The translations under genes were made by a program, and so were the position numbers. This document shows positions 7,840 to 19,038 of a stretch of 25,468 nt of DNA, piece after piece; the first letter of the stretch is position 1, and each line of letters begins with the position of its first letter. Location of the stretch: UHGV virus genome UHGV-0122056; one strand, written 5' to 3'. The notes below the pieces were generated by a model that did not search any database, had not been told where the DNA came from, and saw only the letters and a list, made by a program, of their open reading frames with translations. The DNA comes from a virus.

Positions 7840-9248
7840 CCTCGATTAATCCTATCTTTGAACCGTTCATTGAGGCGCATCGCTACAAAGTCGCCAAAGG
7901 CGGTCGAGGTAGCGGTAAATCATGGGCAATTGCGAGGCTGCTTGTTGAAGCGGCGCGTCGGCAGCCTGTGCGTATTCTCTGCGCTCGTGAACTGCAAAAC
8001 AGTATCAGCGATTCGGTAATCAGGTTGCTTGAAGACACCATAGAGCGGGAAGGGTATTCGGCCGAGTTTGAAATTCAGCGTTCCATGATTCGTCATCTCG
8101 GAACAAATGCTGAATTCATGTTCTATGGCATCAAAAACAACCCGACGAAGATTAAATCGCTCGAAGGCATTGATATCTGCTGGGTGGAAGAAGCGGAAGC
8201 GGTAACAAAGGAATCGTGGGATATCCTGATCCCAACCATCCGTAAGCCGTTCTCTGAAATATGGGTGAGCTTTAACCCGAAGAACATCCTCGACGATACC
8301 TATCAGCGATTCGTTGTAAATCCTCCCGATGATATTTGTCTGCTGACGGTGAACTACACCGACAACCCGCACTTTCCTGAAGTTCTCCGTCTGGAGATGG
8401 AAGAGTGCAAACGCAGAAATCCGACACTGTATCGTCACATCTGGCTGGGTGAGCCGGTAAGCGCAAGTGATATGGCAATCATCAAACGTGAATGGCTTGA
8501 AGCTGCAACCGATGCGCACAAGAAACTCGGATGGAAAGCGAAAGGCGCTGTTGTTTCTGCACATGACCCGTCAGATACAGGGCCAGATGCTAAAGGTTAC
8601 GCATCGCGCCACGGTTCGGTAGTTAAGCGCATTGCCGAAGGTCTGCTGATGGACATCAACGATGGTGCTGACTGGGCTACTTCGCTGGCGATTGAAGACG
8701 GCGCTGACCACTACCTGTGGGATGGTGATGGTGTTGGTGCCGGGCTACGCAGACAGACAACGGAAGCGTTCTCCGGCAAGAAAATCACCGCCACGATGTT
8801 CAAGGGCAGCGAATCGCCATTCGATGAAGATGCACCGTATCAGGCCGGAGCATGGGCCGATGAAGTCGTACAGGGCGACAACGTTCGCACTATTGGCGAT
8901 GTATTCCGCAATAAGCGAGCACAATTCTATTACGCGCTGGCTGACAGGCTGTATCAGACATATCGGGCGGTTGTCTACGGTGAGTATGCAGACCCCGACG
9001 ACATGCTGAGTTTCGACAAAGAAGCGATAGGCGAGAAGATGCTGGAGAAGCTGTTTGCAGAACTGACGCAGATTCAGCGCAAATTCAATAACAACGGGAA
9101 GCTGGAGCTAATGACTAAGGTCGAAATGAAGCAGAAGCTCGGTATCCCATCTCCTAACCTGGCTGATGCGCTGATGATGTGTATGCATTGCCCGGCATTG
9201 GTCCGAGAAGAAACAGAAATATACGTTCCCTCATCCTCCGGTTGGTAA
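7836..9248 (+). CDS. Terminase large subunit (PBSX/Terminase_3-like)
   Basis: 470 aa with Walker A KGGRGSGKS near the N-terminus and an acidic nuclease-type C-terminal half; sits between the small terminase and portal. Confidence 0.9.
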   Translation: MTSINPIFEPFIEAHRYKVAKGGRGSGKSWAIARLLVEAARRQPVRILCARELQNSISDSVIRLLEDTIEREGYSAEFEIQRSMIRHLGTNAEFMFYGIKNNPTKIKSLEGIDICWVEEAEAVTKESWDILIPTIRKPFSEIWVSFNPKNILDDTYQRFVVNPPDDICLLTVNYTDNPHFPEVLRLEMEECKRRNPTLYRHIWLGEPVSASDMAIIKREWLEAATDAHKKLGWKAKGAVVSAHDPSDTGPDAKGYASRHGSVVKRIAEGLLMDINDGADWATSLAIEDGADHYLWDGDGVGAGLRRQTTEAFSGKKITATMFKGSESPFDEDAPYQAGAWADEVVQGDNVRTIGDVFRNKRAQFYYALADRLYQTYRAVVYGEYADPDDMLSFDKEAIGEKMLEKLFAELTQIQRKFNNNGKLELMTKVEMKQKLGIPSPNLADALMMCMHCPALVREETEIYVPSSSGW

Positions 9249-9250
9249 AC

Positions 9251-11377
9251 ATGGCAGAGATATTAGAGAAAAAACATGAGCGGATCATGCTCAGGTTTGA
9301 CCGCGCCTATTCTCCACAGCAGGAAGTGCGCGAAAAGTGCATTGAAGCTACGAGGTTTGCTCGTGTCCCCGGAGGTCAATGGGAAGGAGCAACGGCGGCT
9401 GGAACTAAGCTTGATGAGCAGTTCGAGAAGTATCCTAAGTTTGAAATCAATAAGGTAGCAACTGAACTTAACCGCATCATTGCAGAATACCGCAATAACA
9501 GAATCACCGTTAAGTTTCGTCCTGGTGACAGAGAGGCAAGCGAAGAGTTAGCCAATAAATTAAATGGTCTGTTCCGTGCTGACTACGAAGAAACTGATGG
9601 CGGTGAGGCTTGCGATAATGCATTTGACGACGCTGCTACTGGTGGTTTCGGTTGCTTCCGTTTGACGTCGATGCTGGTCAATGAATACGACCCCATGGAC
9701 GATCGTCAGCGTATTGCTATTGAACCAATATACGACCCGTCGCGCTCTGTGTGGTTTGACCCTGACGCCAAGAAGTACGACAAATCTGACGCGTTGTGGG
9801 CGTTCTGCATGTATTCGTTGTCACCTGAAAAATATGAGGCTGAATACGGAAAGAAACCTCCTGCTTCTCTGGATGTAACGTCTATGACCAGTTGGGAATA
9901 TGACTGGTTTGATGCAGATGTTATTTACATAGCGAAGTATTACGAAGTTCGTAAAGAGTCTGTTGACGTCATCAGTTATCGACATCCAATCACTGGAGAG
10001 ATTGCAACATACGACAGTGATCAGGTTGAAGATATTGAAGATGAACTGGCAATAGCTGGATTTCAGGAAGTGGCAAGGCGCTCAGTGAAGCGCCGTCGTG
10101 TGTATGTATCCGTAGTGGATGGTGATGGTTTCCTTGAGAAACCTCGACGTATTCCTGGTGAGCATATCCCCCTCATCCCGGTTTATGGAAAACGCTGGTT
10201 CATTGATGACATTGAGCGTGTCGAAGGGCACATTGCAAAAGCAATGGATCCACAGCGTTTGTACAACCTTCAGGTTTCAATGCTGGCTGATACTGCAGCG
10301 CAAGACCCCGGTCAGATCCCTATAGTTGGCATGGAGCAAATTCGTGGACTTGAGAAGCACTGGGAGGCTCGCAACAAGAAACGCCCAGCGTTCTTGCCGT
10401 TGCGCGAAGTGAGAGATAAATCTGGCAACATTATCGCTGGAGCTACCCCGGCAGGATATACACAGCCTGCGGTTATGAATCAGGCATTGGCTGCATTACT
10501 ACAGCAAACCAGTGCAGATATTCAGGAGGTTACAGGCGGCAGTCAGGCCATGCAGCAGATGCCAAGTAATATTGCTCAGGAAACGGTTAACAACTTGATG
10601 AACAGAGCAGATATGGCTTCGTTTATCTATCTGGACAATATGGCGAAAAGTCTTAAACGCGCTGGTGAAGTATGGCTGTCAATGGCGCGTGAAGTGTACG
10701 GTTCAGAACGTGAAGTGCGCATCGTTAACGAAGATGGAAGTGATGATATCGCTGTCCTGAGCGCACAGGTTGTTGACAGGCAAACAGGGGCTGTTGTTGC
10801 GTTAAATGACCTTTCTGTCGGTCGATACGATGTGACGGTTGATGTTGGACCAAGCTACACAGCACGACGTGATGCAACGGTTTCTGTACTGACAAATGTC
10901 CTTAGCTCTATGCTTCCAACAGACCCAATGCGCCCGGCAATTCAGGGTATTATTCTGGACAATATCGATGGCGAAGGCCTTGATGACTTCAAAGAGTACA
11001 ACCGAAACCAACTGCTGATATCTGGTATTGCAAAACCACGCAATGAGAAAGAGCAGCAGATTGTTCAACAGGCGCAAATGGCAGCACAAAGCCAGCCAAA
11101 CCCTGAAATGGTTCTCGCTCAGGCGCAAATGGTAGCAGCGCAGGCAGAAGCGCAAAAAGCAACTAACGAAACTGCTCAAACTCAAATCAAAGCATTTACT
11201 GCCCAGCAGGATGCGATGGAGAGTCAGGCAAACACTGTCTATAAACTGGCTCAAGCCAGAAACATCGATGACAAAGCAGTGATGGAGGTAATACGCCTTC
11301 TGAAAGATGTAGCTGAGTCACAACAACAGCAATTCCAGTCACCACCACAGTCACCGGCAGACTTAATGCCGAGTTAA
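9251..11377 (+). CDS. Portal protein (P22 gp1-like)
   Basis: About 708 aa; segments such as GEHIPLIPVYGKRWFIDDIERVEGH resemble the P22 portal as recalled; Gln/Ala-rich C-terminal barrel region. Start at ATG 9251, just after the terminase stop; the track ORF extends upstream in-frame. Confidence 0.85.
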   Translation: MAEILEKKHERIMLRFDRAYSPQQEVREKCIEATRFARVPGGQWEGATAAGTKLDEQFEKYPKFEINKVATELNRIIAEYRNNRITVKFRPGDREASEELANKLNGLFRADYEETDGGEACDNAFDDAATGGFGCFRLTSMLVNEYDPMDDRQRIAIEPIYDPSRSVWFDPDAKKYDKSDALWAFCMYSLSPEKYEAEYGKKPPASLDVTSMTSWEYDWFDADVIYIAKYYEVRKESVDVISYRHPITGEIATYDSDQVEDIEDELAIAGFQEVARRSVKRRRVYVSVVDGDGFLEKPRRIPGEHIPLIPVYGKRWFIDDIERVEGHIAKAMDPQRLYNLQVSMLADTAAQDPGQIPIVGMEQIRGLEKHWEARNKKRPAFLPLREVRDKSGNIIAGATPAGYTQPAVMNQALAALLQQTSADIQEVTGGSQAMQQMPSNIAQETVNNLMNRADMASFIYLDNMAKSLKRAGEVWLSMAREVYGSEREVRIVNEDGSDDIAVLSAQVVDRQTGAVVALNDLSVGRYDVTVDVGPSYTARRDATVSVLTNVLSSMLPTDPMRPAIQGIILDNIDGEGLDDFKEYNRNQLLISGIAKPRNEKEQQIVQQAQMAAQSQPNPEMVLAQAQMVAAQAEAQKATNETAQTQIKAFTAQQDAMESQANTVYKLAQARNIDDKAVMEVIRLLKDVAESQQQQFQSPPQSPADLMPS

Positions 11378-11390
11378 CCAGGAATAATCA

Positions 11391-12275
11391 ATGGAAAACG
11401 AACTGATCATCGACGGTCAGGTTATTGACCTGTCTGAAACACAGGAAAATGCAGAAGAAACCATCATCCAAACAGAGTCACAGCCTGAGAATGAAATCCA
11501 GGATGACAACGGAAAAGAGATGGCAACTGATCCTGAAAAAACCGAAGAGACACCAGAAGATTACGCCTTGCGTATTGGTGATGAAGAAATTCAGCTTAAC
11601 GCTGACGATGATGATCACATTGACGGGCAACCTGCACCGCAATGGGTGAAGGATCTTCGCAAAGGCTTCAAAGAAACACAGAAAGAAAACCGTGAGTTGC
11701 GCCGCCAGCTTGAGGAAGCATTAGCCAAGCCTGCGGAACATCAGCAACCACAACCAGACGCTATTCCACCAAAACCGACTCTTGAGTCGTGTGATTATGA
11801 CGAACAGGCGTTTGAACAGGCATTGACTGATTGGCATGAGAAAAAAGGCCGTGTCGAACAGCAGCAGCAACAAAAACTACGTCAGCAACAGGAATACCAA
11901 CAGCGTTTCCAGCAAAGGGTAGAAGCGCATAAACAACGGGCAGCCAAACTTCCTGTGAAAGATTATCAGGAAATGGAGGCCATTGTTCTTAGTGAGCTAC
12001 CACCAATTCAGCAGGAAATCATCATTCACTGTGCAGACGAAGGCTCTGAACTACTCGCCTATGGCTTAGGTAAGAGCCAGCAATTACGCCAGCGTGTAGC
12101 CGCTGAGACAGATCCAATTCGCGCAGCATTCCTCTTGGGGCAGATTAGCAAACAGGTAAGCCTTGCTCCAAAACCAAAGAAAGCCATCAAGCCAGAGCCG
12201 GAAGTACGTGGTGGCGGTGCTGATGCGAAACAAGACGAATTCAACAAATTATGCCCCGGCGCAAAAATCGAATAA
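11391..12275 (+). CDS. Scaffolding protein
   Basis: 294 aa, acidic N-terminus and Gln/Glu/Arg-rich helical body; position between portal and coat. Confidence 0.7.
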   Translation: MENELIIDGQVIDLSETQENAEETIIQTESQPENEIQDDNGKEMATDPEKTEETPEDYALRIGDEEIQLNADDDDHIDGQPAPQWVKDLRKGFKETQKENRELRRQLEEALAKPAEHQQPQPDAIPPKPTLESCDYDEQAFEQALTDWHEKKGRVEQQQQQKLRQQQEYQQRFQQRVEAHKQRAAKLPVKDYQEMEAIVLSELPPIQQEIIIHCADEGSELLAYGLGKSQQLRQRVAAETDPIRAAFLLGQISKQVSLAPKPKKAIKPEPEVRGGGADAKQDEFNKLCPGAKIE

Positions 12276-12286
12276 GGAAAAGATAA

Positions 12287-13558
12287 ATGCCTAACAATCT
12301 CGACAGTAACGTCAGTCAAATCGTTCTGAAAAAATTCCTTCCGGGTTTTATGTCAGATTTAGTTCTGGCGAAAACCGTAGACCGTCAGTTGCTGGCAGGT
12401 GAAATCAACTCCAGCACTGGCGATAGCGTTAGCTTTAAACGTCCGCATCAATTCTCATCCCTCCGTACTCCCACTGGTGATATTTCAGGGCAAAATAAAA
12501 ACAACCTGATCTCAGGTAAAGCTACGGGGCGTGTAGGTAACTACATCACTGTTGCTGTTGAATATCAGCAACTGGAGGAAGCGATCAAGCTTAACCAACT
12601 GGAAGAAATTCTCGCGCCGGTTCGCCAGCGAATCGTTACCGACCTTGAAACAGAGCTTGCTCACTTCATGATGAATAACGGTGCGTTGTCACTTGGTAGC
12701 CCCAATACTCCAATCACCAAATGGTCTGATGTTGCGCAGACGGCATCTTTCCTGAAAGACCTCGGCGTTAATGAAGGTGAAAACTATGCTGTAATGGATC
12801 CATGGTCTGCACAGCGACTTGCTGATGCGCAGACTGGTTTGCACGCTTCAGATCAATTGGTTCGTACTGCATGGGAGAATGCACAGATCCCAACCAATTT
12901 TGGCGGCATTCGCGCACTGATGTCTAATGGGCTTGCCTCTCGTACGCAGGGGGCATTTGGCGGAACACTGACAGTCAAAACACAGCCAACTGTTACCTAT
13001 AACGCAGTTAAAGACTCATACCAGTTCACTGTAACATTGACCGGAGCGACAACCAGCGTTACAGGTTTCCTGAAAGCTGGTGATCAGGTTAAATTCACCA
13101 ATACCTACTGGCTGCAACAGCAGACCAAACAGGCGTTGTATAACGGAGCCACACCAATTAGCTTCACTGCAACGGTTACTGCTGATGCTGATTCAGACGG
13201 CAGTGGCGATGTGACGGTTACGCTTTCTGGTGTTCCGATTTATGACACTACAAACCCGCAGTACAACTCTGTAAGTCGTCAGGTAGCGGCAGGCGATGCC
13301 GTATCTGTAGTAGGCACTGCTAGCCAGACAATGAAGCCAAACCTGTTCTATAACAAGTTCTTCTGTGGACTTGGCTCTATCCCACTGCCGAAACTGCACA
13401 GTATTGATTCTGCTGTTGCAACATATGAAGGTTTCTCCATCCGCGTACATAAATACGCAGATGGCGATGCCAACGTGCAAAAAATGCGCTTCGACTTACT
13501 GCCTGCATATGTGTGCTTTAACCCTCACATGGGCGGTCAGTTCTTCGGTAATCCGTAA
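12287..13558 (+). CDS. Major capsid (coat) protein
   Basis: 423 aa ORF after the scaffold with AAGGA RBS, followed by a strong terminator/attenuator; called by synteny with the P22/Sf6 gene order. Confidence 0.75.
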   Translation: MPNNLDSNVSQIVLKKFLPGFMSDLVLAKTVDRQLLAGEINSSTGDSVSFKRPHQFSSLRTPTGDISGQNKNNLISGKATGRVGNYITVAVEYQQLEEAIKLNQLEEILAPVRQRIVTDLETELAHFMMNNGALSLGSPNTPITKWSDVAQTASFLKDLGVNEGENYAVMDPWSAQRLADAQTGLHASDQLVRTAWENAQIPTNFGGIRALMSNGLASRTQGAFGGTLTVKTQPTVTYNAVKDSYQFTVTLTGATTSVTGFLKAGDQVKFTNTYWLQQQTKQALYNGATPISFTATVTADADSDGSGDVTVTLSGVPIYDTTNPQYNSVSRQVAAGDAVSVVGTASQTMKPNLFYNKFFCGLGSIPLPKLHSIDSAVATYEGFSIRVHKYADGDANVQKMRFDLLPAYVCFNPHMGGQFFGNP

Positions 13559-13562
13559 TAAC

Positions 13563-13589
13563 AAGGGGCTTACGCCCCTTTTATGTTTT
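13563..13589 (+). terminator. Rho-independent terminator downstream of the coat gene
   Basis: Perfect stem AAGGGGC (13563-13569) / GCCCCTT (13574-13580), loop TTAC, then TTATGTTTT. Confidence 0.8.
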
Positions 13590-13600
13590 AAGGAAACAAT

Positions 13601-13786
13601 ATGGATCGCATGAGTGTATTCCTTGCCGCAGATAACGAATCCGGGCATGTACAGGCCGTTATCGCAGAAAAAGACTTCCAGTTTTTCGAAAAGTTGGGCT
13701 TTGTTGCCTCAGTTGATGAATTGAAACCGACCAGTAAGCGAGGTCGTAAGGCGGCAGACAATGGCAACAGTACTGACAAAGGGTGA
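13601..13786 (+). CDS. Small hypothetical protein (61 aa)
   Basis: AAGGA RBS 6 nt upstream of ATG 13601; 3' end overlaps the next gene start by 26 nt. Confidence 0.45.
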   Translation: MDRMSVFLAADNESGHVQAVIAEKDFQFFEKLGFVASVDELKPTSKRGRKAADNGNSTDKG

Positions 13787-14243
13787 GATCGTCCTTTTTG
13801 CGCTTCGTAAGTTTGCTATTGCTTCTAATGCATCGCTGACTGATGTTGAGCCGCAATCAATTGAAGATGGTGTAAATGATCTGGAAGATATGATGTCCGA
13901 GTGGATGATTAACCCCGGCGACATTGGTTACGCTTTCGCAACTGGAGATGAGCAGCCATTACCAGATGATGAGTCAGGTCTTCCAAGAAAATACAAACAC
14001 GCAGTAGGCTATCAGTTATTGCTGAGAATGCTATCTGATTACAGCCTTGAACCAACTCCGCAAGTTCTCAGTAACGCCCAACGCTCATATGATGCCTTGA
14101 TGACCGACACTCTGGTTGTTCCTTCAATACGACGACGTGGAGATTTTCCTGTAGGACAGGGTAATAAATATGACGTGTTCACATCTGACCGATATTATCC
14201 AGGCGATCTCCCTCTGATTGATGGCGATATCCCAAACGCATAG
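13761..14243 (+). CDS. Head-tail connector/tail accessory protein (P22 gp4-like)
   Basis: 160 aa; N-terminal ...LRKFAIASNASLTDVEPQSIEDGVNDLEDMMSEW resembles P22 gp4 as recalled. Confidence 0.8.
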   Translation: MATVLTKGEIVLFALRKFAIASNASLTDVEPQSIEDGVNDLEDMMSEWMINPGDIGYAFATGDEQPLPDDESGLPRKYKHAVGYQLLLRMLSDYSLEPTPQVLSNAQRSYDALMTDTLVVPSIRRRGDFPVGQGNKYDVFTSDRYYPGDLPLIDGDIPNA

Positions 14244-14251
14244 GTGAATAA

Positions 14252-15670
14252 ATGCCTATTCAGCAACTTCCGCTTATGAAAGGTGTCGGCAAAGACTTCC
14301 GAAACGCCGACTATATCGACTATCTGCCAGTGAATATGCTGGCTACACCCAAAGAAATCCTGAACAGCAGCGGATATCTTCGCTCATTCCCGGGCATTGC
14401 CAAACGTTCTGATGTGAACGGTCTATCTCGCGGCGTCGAGTACAACATGGCGCAGAATGCTGTTTATCGCGTGTGTGGCGGCAAGCTGTACAAAGGAGAA
14501 AGTGAAGTCGGTGATGTTGCCGGAAGTGGTCGTGTATCAATGGCGCATGGTCGGACATCACAGGCTGTAGGCGTTAATGGTCAACTGGTCGAGTATCGTT
14601 ATGATGGCACGGTTAAAACCGTCTCAAACTGGCCTACAGACAGCGGATTCACGCAGTATGAGTTAGGTTCTGTTCGTGACATTACGCGCTTACGCGGGCG
14701 TTATGCGTGGTCAAAAGACGGCACTGATTCATGGTTTATCACTGACCTTGAAGACGAATCGCATCCTGACCGCTACAGCGCACAATATCGTGCCGAGTCG
14801 CAGCCTGACGGCATCATCGGAATCGGAACATGGCGAGACTTCATCGTCTGCTTTGGTTCATCGACAATTGAATATTTCTCCCTGACTGGTGCAACCACCG
14901 TTGGTGCCGCTTTGTATGTCGCACAGCCATCACTGATGGTGCAGAAAGGTATTGCCGGAACCAACTGCAAAACGCCGTTTGCTGATTCGTATGCGTTCAT
15001 CAGCAATCCGGCAACGGGTGCGCCGTCTGTATACATCATCGGCTCCGGTCAGGTATCACCAATCGCCAGCGCGAGCATTGAGAAAATACTACGCTCCTAC
15101 ACTGCTGATGAACTGGCTGATGGCGTGATGGAGTCTCTGCGATTTGATGCGCATGAGTTGCTGATTATCCACCTTCCGCGCCATGTTCTTGTTTACGACG
15201 CATCTTCAAGCTCCAATGGCCCGCAATGGTGTGTACTGAAAACAGGCCTGTATGACGATGTGTACCGCGCTATCGACTTCATTTACGAAGACAATCAGAT
15301 AACGTGCGGCGATAAGCTGGAATCGGTTACCGGCAAATTGCAGTTCGATATCAGCAGCCAGTACGACAAGCAACAGGAACACCTGCTGTTTACTCCGTTG
15401 TTCAAAGCAGATAACGCCAGAGTTTTCGACCTTGAAGTTGAATCTTCAACTGGAGTTGCGCAGTATGCTGACCGCCTTTTTCTCTCTGCAACCACTGACG
15501 GCATCAATTACGGGCGTGAGCAGATGATTGAGCAGAATGAACCGTTCGTTTATGACAAACGTGTTTTGTGGAAGCGAGTCGGGCGCATCAGGAAAAATGT
15601 CGGCTTCAAATTGCGCGTTATCACGAAGTCACCTGTCACTCTGTCTGGCGCTCAGATAAGGATTGAGTAA
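14252..15670 (+). CDS. Tail accessory/hub protein (P22 gp10-like)
   Basis: 472 aa, the same length and position as P22 gp10; GGTGA RBS upstream. Confidence 0.7.
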   Translation: MPIQQLPLMKGVGKDFRNADYIDYLPVNMLATPKEILNSSGYLRSFPGIAKRSDVNGLSRGVEYNMAQNAVYRVCGGKLYKGESEVGDVAGSGRVSMAHGRTSQAVGVNGQLVEYRYDGTVKTVSNWPTDSGFTQYELGSVRDITRLRGRYAWSKDGTDSWFITDLEDESHPDRYSAQYRAESQPDGIIGIGTWRDFIVCFGSSTIEYFSLTGATTVGAALYVAQPSLMVQKGIAGTNCKTPFADSYAFISNPATGAPSVYIIGSGQVSPIASASIEKILRSYTADELADGVMESLRFDAHELLIIHLPRHVLVYDASSSSNGPQWCVLKTGLYDDVYRAIDFIYEDNQITCGDKLESVTGKLQFDISSQYDKQQEHLLFTPLFKADNARVFDLEVESSTGVAQYADRLFLSATTDGINYGREQMIEQNEPFVYDKRVLWKRVGRIRKNVGFKLRVITKSPVTLSGAQIRIE

Positions 15671-16518
15671 TGGCGGATTCGAATCTCAATGTGCCGGTAA
15701 TCATTCAGGCTACACGGCTCGACACATCAGTCCTTCCACGCAATATCTTCTCGCAGTCGTATCTGCTTTACGTTATCGCACAGGGCACTGATGTTGGTAA
15801 CGTGGCTAACAAGGCCAACGAGGCCGGACAGGGCGCTTATGATGCACAGGTCAGGAACGATGAGCAGGATGTGATTCTCGCTGACCATGAGCAGCGAATT
15901 TCTGCTGCGGAAGCAACGCTTGTTAATCATGAGGAGCGAATCAGCCAGGCAGAATCAACTCTTCAGGAACATGAAACACGAATAGCTCAGAATGAAAGCG
16001 ATATTGCGTCGCTTGATACCAGAGTTCAGTCGCTGGAATCGCAGGTTTCAGACCATGAAACGCGCATCGATGCTCTGGAGTATGCCACTACTCGCAAGAA
16101 GTCAGAGGTTGTTTACTCTGGCGTATCTGTAACCATCCCGACAGCGCCGACCAACCTTGTTAGCCTGCTGAAAACGCTCACGCCGTCATCCGGCACGTTG
16201 GCACCATTCTTCGACACCGTTAACAACAAGATGGTTGTGTTCAACGAGAACAAAACCTTGTTCTTCAAGCTGTCGATCGTCGGGACGTGGCCCAGCGGAA
16301 CCGCCAACAGGTCAATGCAGCTAACCTTTTCCGGCTCTGTTCCTGACACACTGGTAAGCAGTCGCAACTCGGCGACAACAACCGATAACATCTTGTTAGC
16401 TACGTTCTTCAGCGTGGATAAAAACGGCTTTCTTGCCACAAATGGCAGCACGTTAACCATTCAGTCAAATGGTGCGGCGTTTACTGCCACAACCATCAAA
16501 ATCATTGCGGAGCAGTGA
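15670..16518 (+). CDS. Tail needle protein (P22 gp26-like N-terminus with a C-terminal knob domain)
   Basis: N-terminus [43 protein letters not shown]... resembles P22 gp26 as recalled; heptad-repeat coiled coil; the extra C-terminal ~90 aa are consistent with Sf6/HK620-type knob needles. Confidence 0.85.
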   Translation: MADSNLNVPVIIQATRLDTSVLPRNIFSQSYLLYVIAQGTDVGNVANKANEAGQGAYDAQVRNDEQDVILADHEQRISAAEATLVNHEERISQAESTLQEHETRIAQNESDIASLDTRVQSLESQVSDHETRIDALEYATTRKKSEVVYSGVSVTIPTAPTNLVSLLKTLTPSSGTLAPFFDTVNNKMVVFNENKTLFFKLSIVGTWPSGTANRSMQLTFSGSVPDTLVSSRNSATTTDNILLATFFSVDKNGFLATNGSTLTIQSNGAAFTATTIKIIAEQ

Positions 16519-16985
16519 TGGAAATAAAGCTCATCGATAATCCGGTGAAGCTTGCAGAATTCCTCAACAACCCGGCAAACACGGGAAATATCGTAGACAT
16601 TGGAGATAAATACTACATCAAGACTGATGCGGTATACCTCGGCATCTACGAAGGATTAGTGCTGGCTGGCGTTCATGAAGTGCGTAACTTCTGGCATAGC
16701 GTTGTTGAATGCCATGCGGTGTACGACCCCGGATTCCGTGGTGAATATGCACTGCAAGGGCATCTATTATTCTGCAAATGGCTTCTCGAAAACTCACCAT
16801 TCCTTAACAGCATCACTATGGTTCCTGACACAACGAAATACGGACGGGCAATTATCCGTTTGCTTGGCGCTACCCGTGTTGGTCACCTTGATGATTCTTA
16901 CATGAGTAACGGAAAACCGGTTGGAATCACCCTCTATCAATTACCTCGTTCGAAATATGAGGAGCTATTAAATGTTAGTACTTAG
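16518..16985 (+). CDS. Head assembly/DNA stabilisation protein (P22 gp14-like, by synteny)
   Basis: 155 aa ORF; ATG 16518 overlaps the needle stop (TGATG); synteny only. Confidence 0.55.
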   Translation: MEIKLIDNPVKLAEFLNNPANTGNIVDIGDKYYIKTDAVYLGIYEGLVLAGVHEVRNFWHSVVECHAVYDPGFRGEYALQGHLLFCKWLLENSPFLNSITMVPDTTKYGRAIIRLLGATRVGHLDDSYMSNGKPVGITLYQLPRSKYEELLNVST

Positions 16986-17631
16986 CGAAAGCTTCAAGAA
17001 TAAATTGCTTCCCATGAATGGGTATATGAAAGGAGGCAGCGACTCCGGATCTAAAGCCCAGGCACGCGCAACTGAAAAGGGCATCGAACTGCAACGTGAA
17101 ATGTGGCAGACGAACATGCAGAACCTTGCACCGTTCACGCCACTCGCTCAGCAGTACGTATCACAGTTGCAAAATCTTTCCTCTCTTCAGGGGCAAGGTC
17201 AGGCGCTTAACCAGTATTACAACTCCCAGCAGTACAAAGACCTTGCAGGGCAGGCGCGTTACCAGAGTCTGGCAGCAGCAGAGGCAACGGGTGGATTAGG
17301 CTCTACAGCAACAGGAAACCAGTTAGCAGCAATCGCACCTACACTCGGTCAAAACTGGCTGTCAGGTCAGATGAACAACTACAACAATCTGGCAAATATC
17401 GGCCTTGGCGCTCTTACAGGTCAGGCAAACGCCGGGCAGAACTATGCCAACAACGTCAGCCAATTGTATCAACAGCAGGCGGCAGCATCTGCGGCTAATG
17501 CGAATAAACCATCAGGATTTCAGAGCGCCCTGGGTGGAGCGGCAGCAGGTGCAGCTGCAGGTACTGCAATCATGCCTGGTTGGGGTACAGCAATTGGTGC
17601 TGGCGTCGGTCTTCTTGGTTCACTTTTTTAA
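16972..17631 (+). CDS. Ejection (internal virion) protein, P22 gp7-like
   Basis: 219 aa, Gln/Asn/Ala/Gly-rich with a C-terminal Gly-rich hydrophobic segment; GGAG RBS; synteny. Confidence 0.6.
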   Translation: MLVLSESFKNKLLPMNGYMKGGSDSGSKAQARATEKGIELQREMWQTNMQNLAPFTPLAQQYVSQLQNLSSLQGQGQALNQYYNSQQYKDLAGQARYQSLAAAEATGGLGSTATGNQLAAIAPTLGQNWLSGQMNNYNNLANIGLGALTGQANAGQNYANNVSQLYQQQAAASAANANKPSGFQSALGGAAAGAAAGTAIMPGWGTAIGAGVGLLGSLF

Positions 17632-17643
17632 TGGAGGTGTCTC

Positions 17644-19038
17644 TTGGCTACATGGCAACAGGCTGGTAATTCAGGCGCGCTTCTTGCCGGGTTAGGCGGC
17701 ATGAACTCCAACGCTCCAAGAGCAAGTGATGCAGATGCCACGCTTGCATACATTCGACAGAATAACGAGATGGAGCGTTCAGGACGTAATAACGTTGGCT
17801 TGCAGGCTTTGCAGGGCATTTCATCTGTCATGGATATGTATAAGCAGATGGATCAGCAGAAGCGACAGCAAGAGTTTCAGCAGGCTTATGCTGATGCATA
17901 TACATCTGGTGACCGCGATGCAATGCGAAAACTGGCATCACAGTATCCTGAGCAGTTTGACGCTGTAAGAAACGGCATGAAATTTGTCGATGAAGACCAG
18001 CGTTCCACTGTCGGCACACTGGCAGCAAGTGCCAGACTGGCAGCTTCATCTCCAGAAGCCATGATGTCATGGTTGCAGAACAACTCATCTGAGCTTACTC
18101 GTGCCGGAGTAGACCCTCTGGATGTGGCGAAAATGTATCAGCAAAATCCACAAGGTTTCACAGAGTTTGTTGATCACCTTGGAATGGCTGCACTTGGTCC
18201 AGAACAATATTTTCAGGCGCAAGACAGAATCGTTGGGCGTGAGATTGATCGCGGAAAACTTGCAGAGACAATCCGCAGCAATCAGGCTGGCGAGGCGCTA
18301 ACAGCACGAGGTCAGAACATCACGATGCGCGGTCAGGATTTATCTGCTTCTACTGCGCGACGCGGGCAGGATTTGGCAATGCAGCGAGCGTCAACAAGAG
18401 GAACCGCTGGGAATGATGAGCGTACAGTTCAGTTATCAGATGGCAGAACTGTAACGGTTGGCGGGAAACTTCACGGCGCTGGGGCAAATGCGTTCTACGA
18501 AGGCATCGACAACGAGGGGAATATGGTTCGCGTTCCTGCCAGTTCAATCGCAGCGCCTGCAACATCGTCTGCATCAGCACAAAACTATGCCATGAAGAAG
18601 GATATCGACGCGATCGCAAATGCAGACGCTTCTGCTCTCGATTTCATGACAGGAATGACCGGCGGCGCAGGTAACCCGGCAATTGGTGCTGATGTTCGCA
18701 GCCGATTAACAGGAAAAGAGCAGCGCCAGTTATATAACTCAGCACAACGTATTCAGGGCAGAATGCAGAATCAGGGTGTGGCGGCAGCAAGGGACATGGG
18801 GGCCAGTGGTATTAACACCGTTGCAGAAGCGAAGATGTATTTTCAGGGGATGCCGCAGGTTGACTATTCAAGCCCGGAGGCTATGCAGCAGTCGATTCGT
18901 GAGATTCAGGAATACACCAACAATTACAACCAACAATATAACGTTAATGTTGGTAAATCTCAGCGGCAGCAATCTCAACCTGCACAGGTATCACAGCCAG
19001 CAGCCAGCAGTAACTTTTCTTCACTATGGGGTGATTAA
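17644..19038 (+). CDS. Ejection (internal virion) protein, P22 gp20-like
   Basis: 464 aa; probable TTG start at 17644 with GGAGG RBS 6 nt upstream; synteny and size. Confidence 0.6.
   Translation: MATWQQAGNSGALLAGLGGMNSNAPRASDADATLAYIRQNNEMERSGRNNVGLQALQGISSVMDMYKQMDQQKRQQEFQQAYADAYTSGDRDAMRKLASQYPEQFDAVRNGMKFVDEDQRSTVGTLAASARLAASSPEAMMSWLQNNSSELTRAGVDPLDVAKMYQQNPQGFTEFVDHLGMAALGPEQYFQAQDRIVGREIDRGKLAETIRSNQAGEALTARGQNITMRGQDLSASTARRGQDLAMQRASTRGTAGNDERTVQLSDGRTVTVGGKLHGAGANAFYEGIDNEGNMVRVPASSIAAPATSSASAQNYAMKKDIDAIANADASALDFMTGMTGGAGNPAIGADVRSRLTGKEQRQLYNSAQRIQGRMQNQGVAAARDMGASGINTVAEAKMYFQGMPQVDYSSPEAMQQSIREIQEYTNNYNQQYNVNVGKSQRQQSQPAQVSQPAASSNFSSLWGD

Noticed and set aside
7920-8564. 214-aa minus-strand ORF
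   Set aside because: Antisense to the large terminase; no RBS, and Cys/Arg-rich low-complexity composition.
9179-9250. Upstream in-frame extension of the portal ORF
   Set aside because: Overlaps the terminase 3' end; the ATG at 9251 directly follows the terminase stop and gives a sensible N-terminus.
10802-11254. 150-aa minus-strand ORF
   Set aside because: Antisense to the portal gene C-terminal region; Leu/Cys/Ser-rich, likely spurious.
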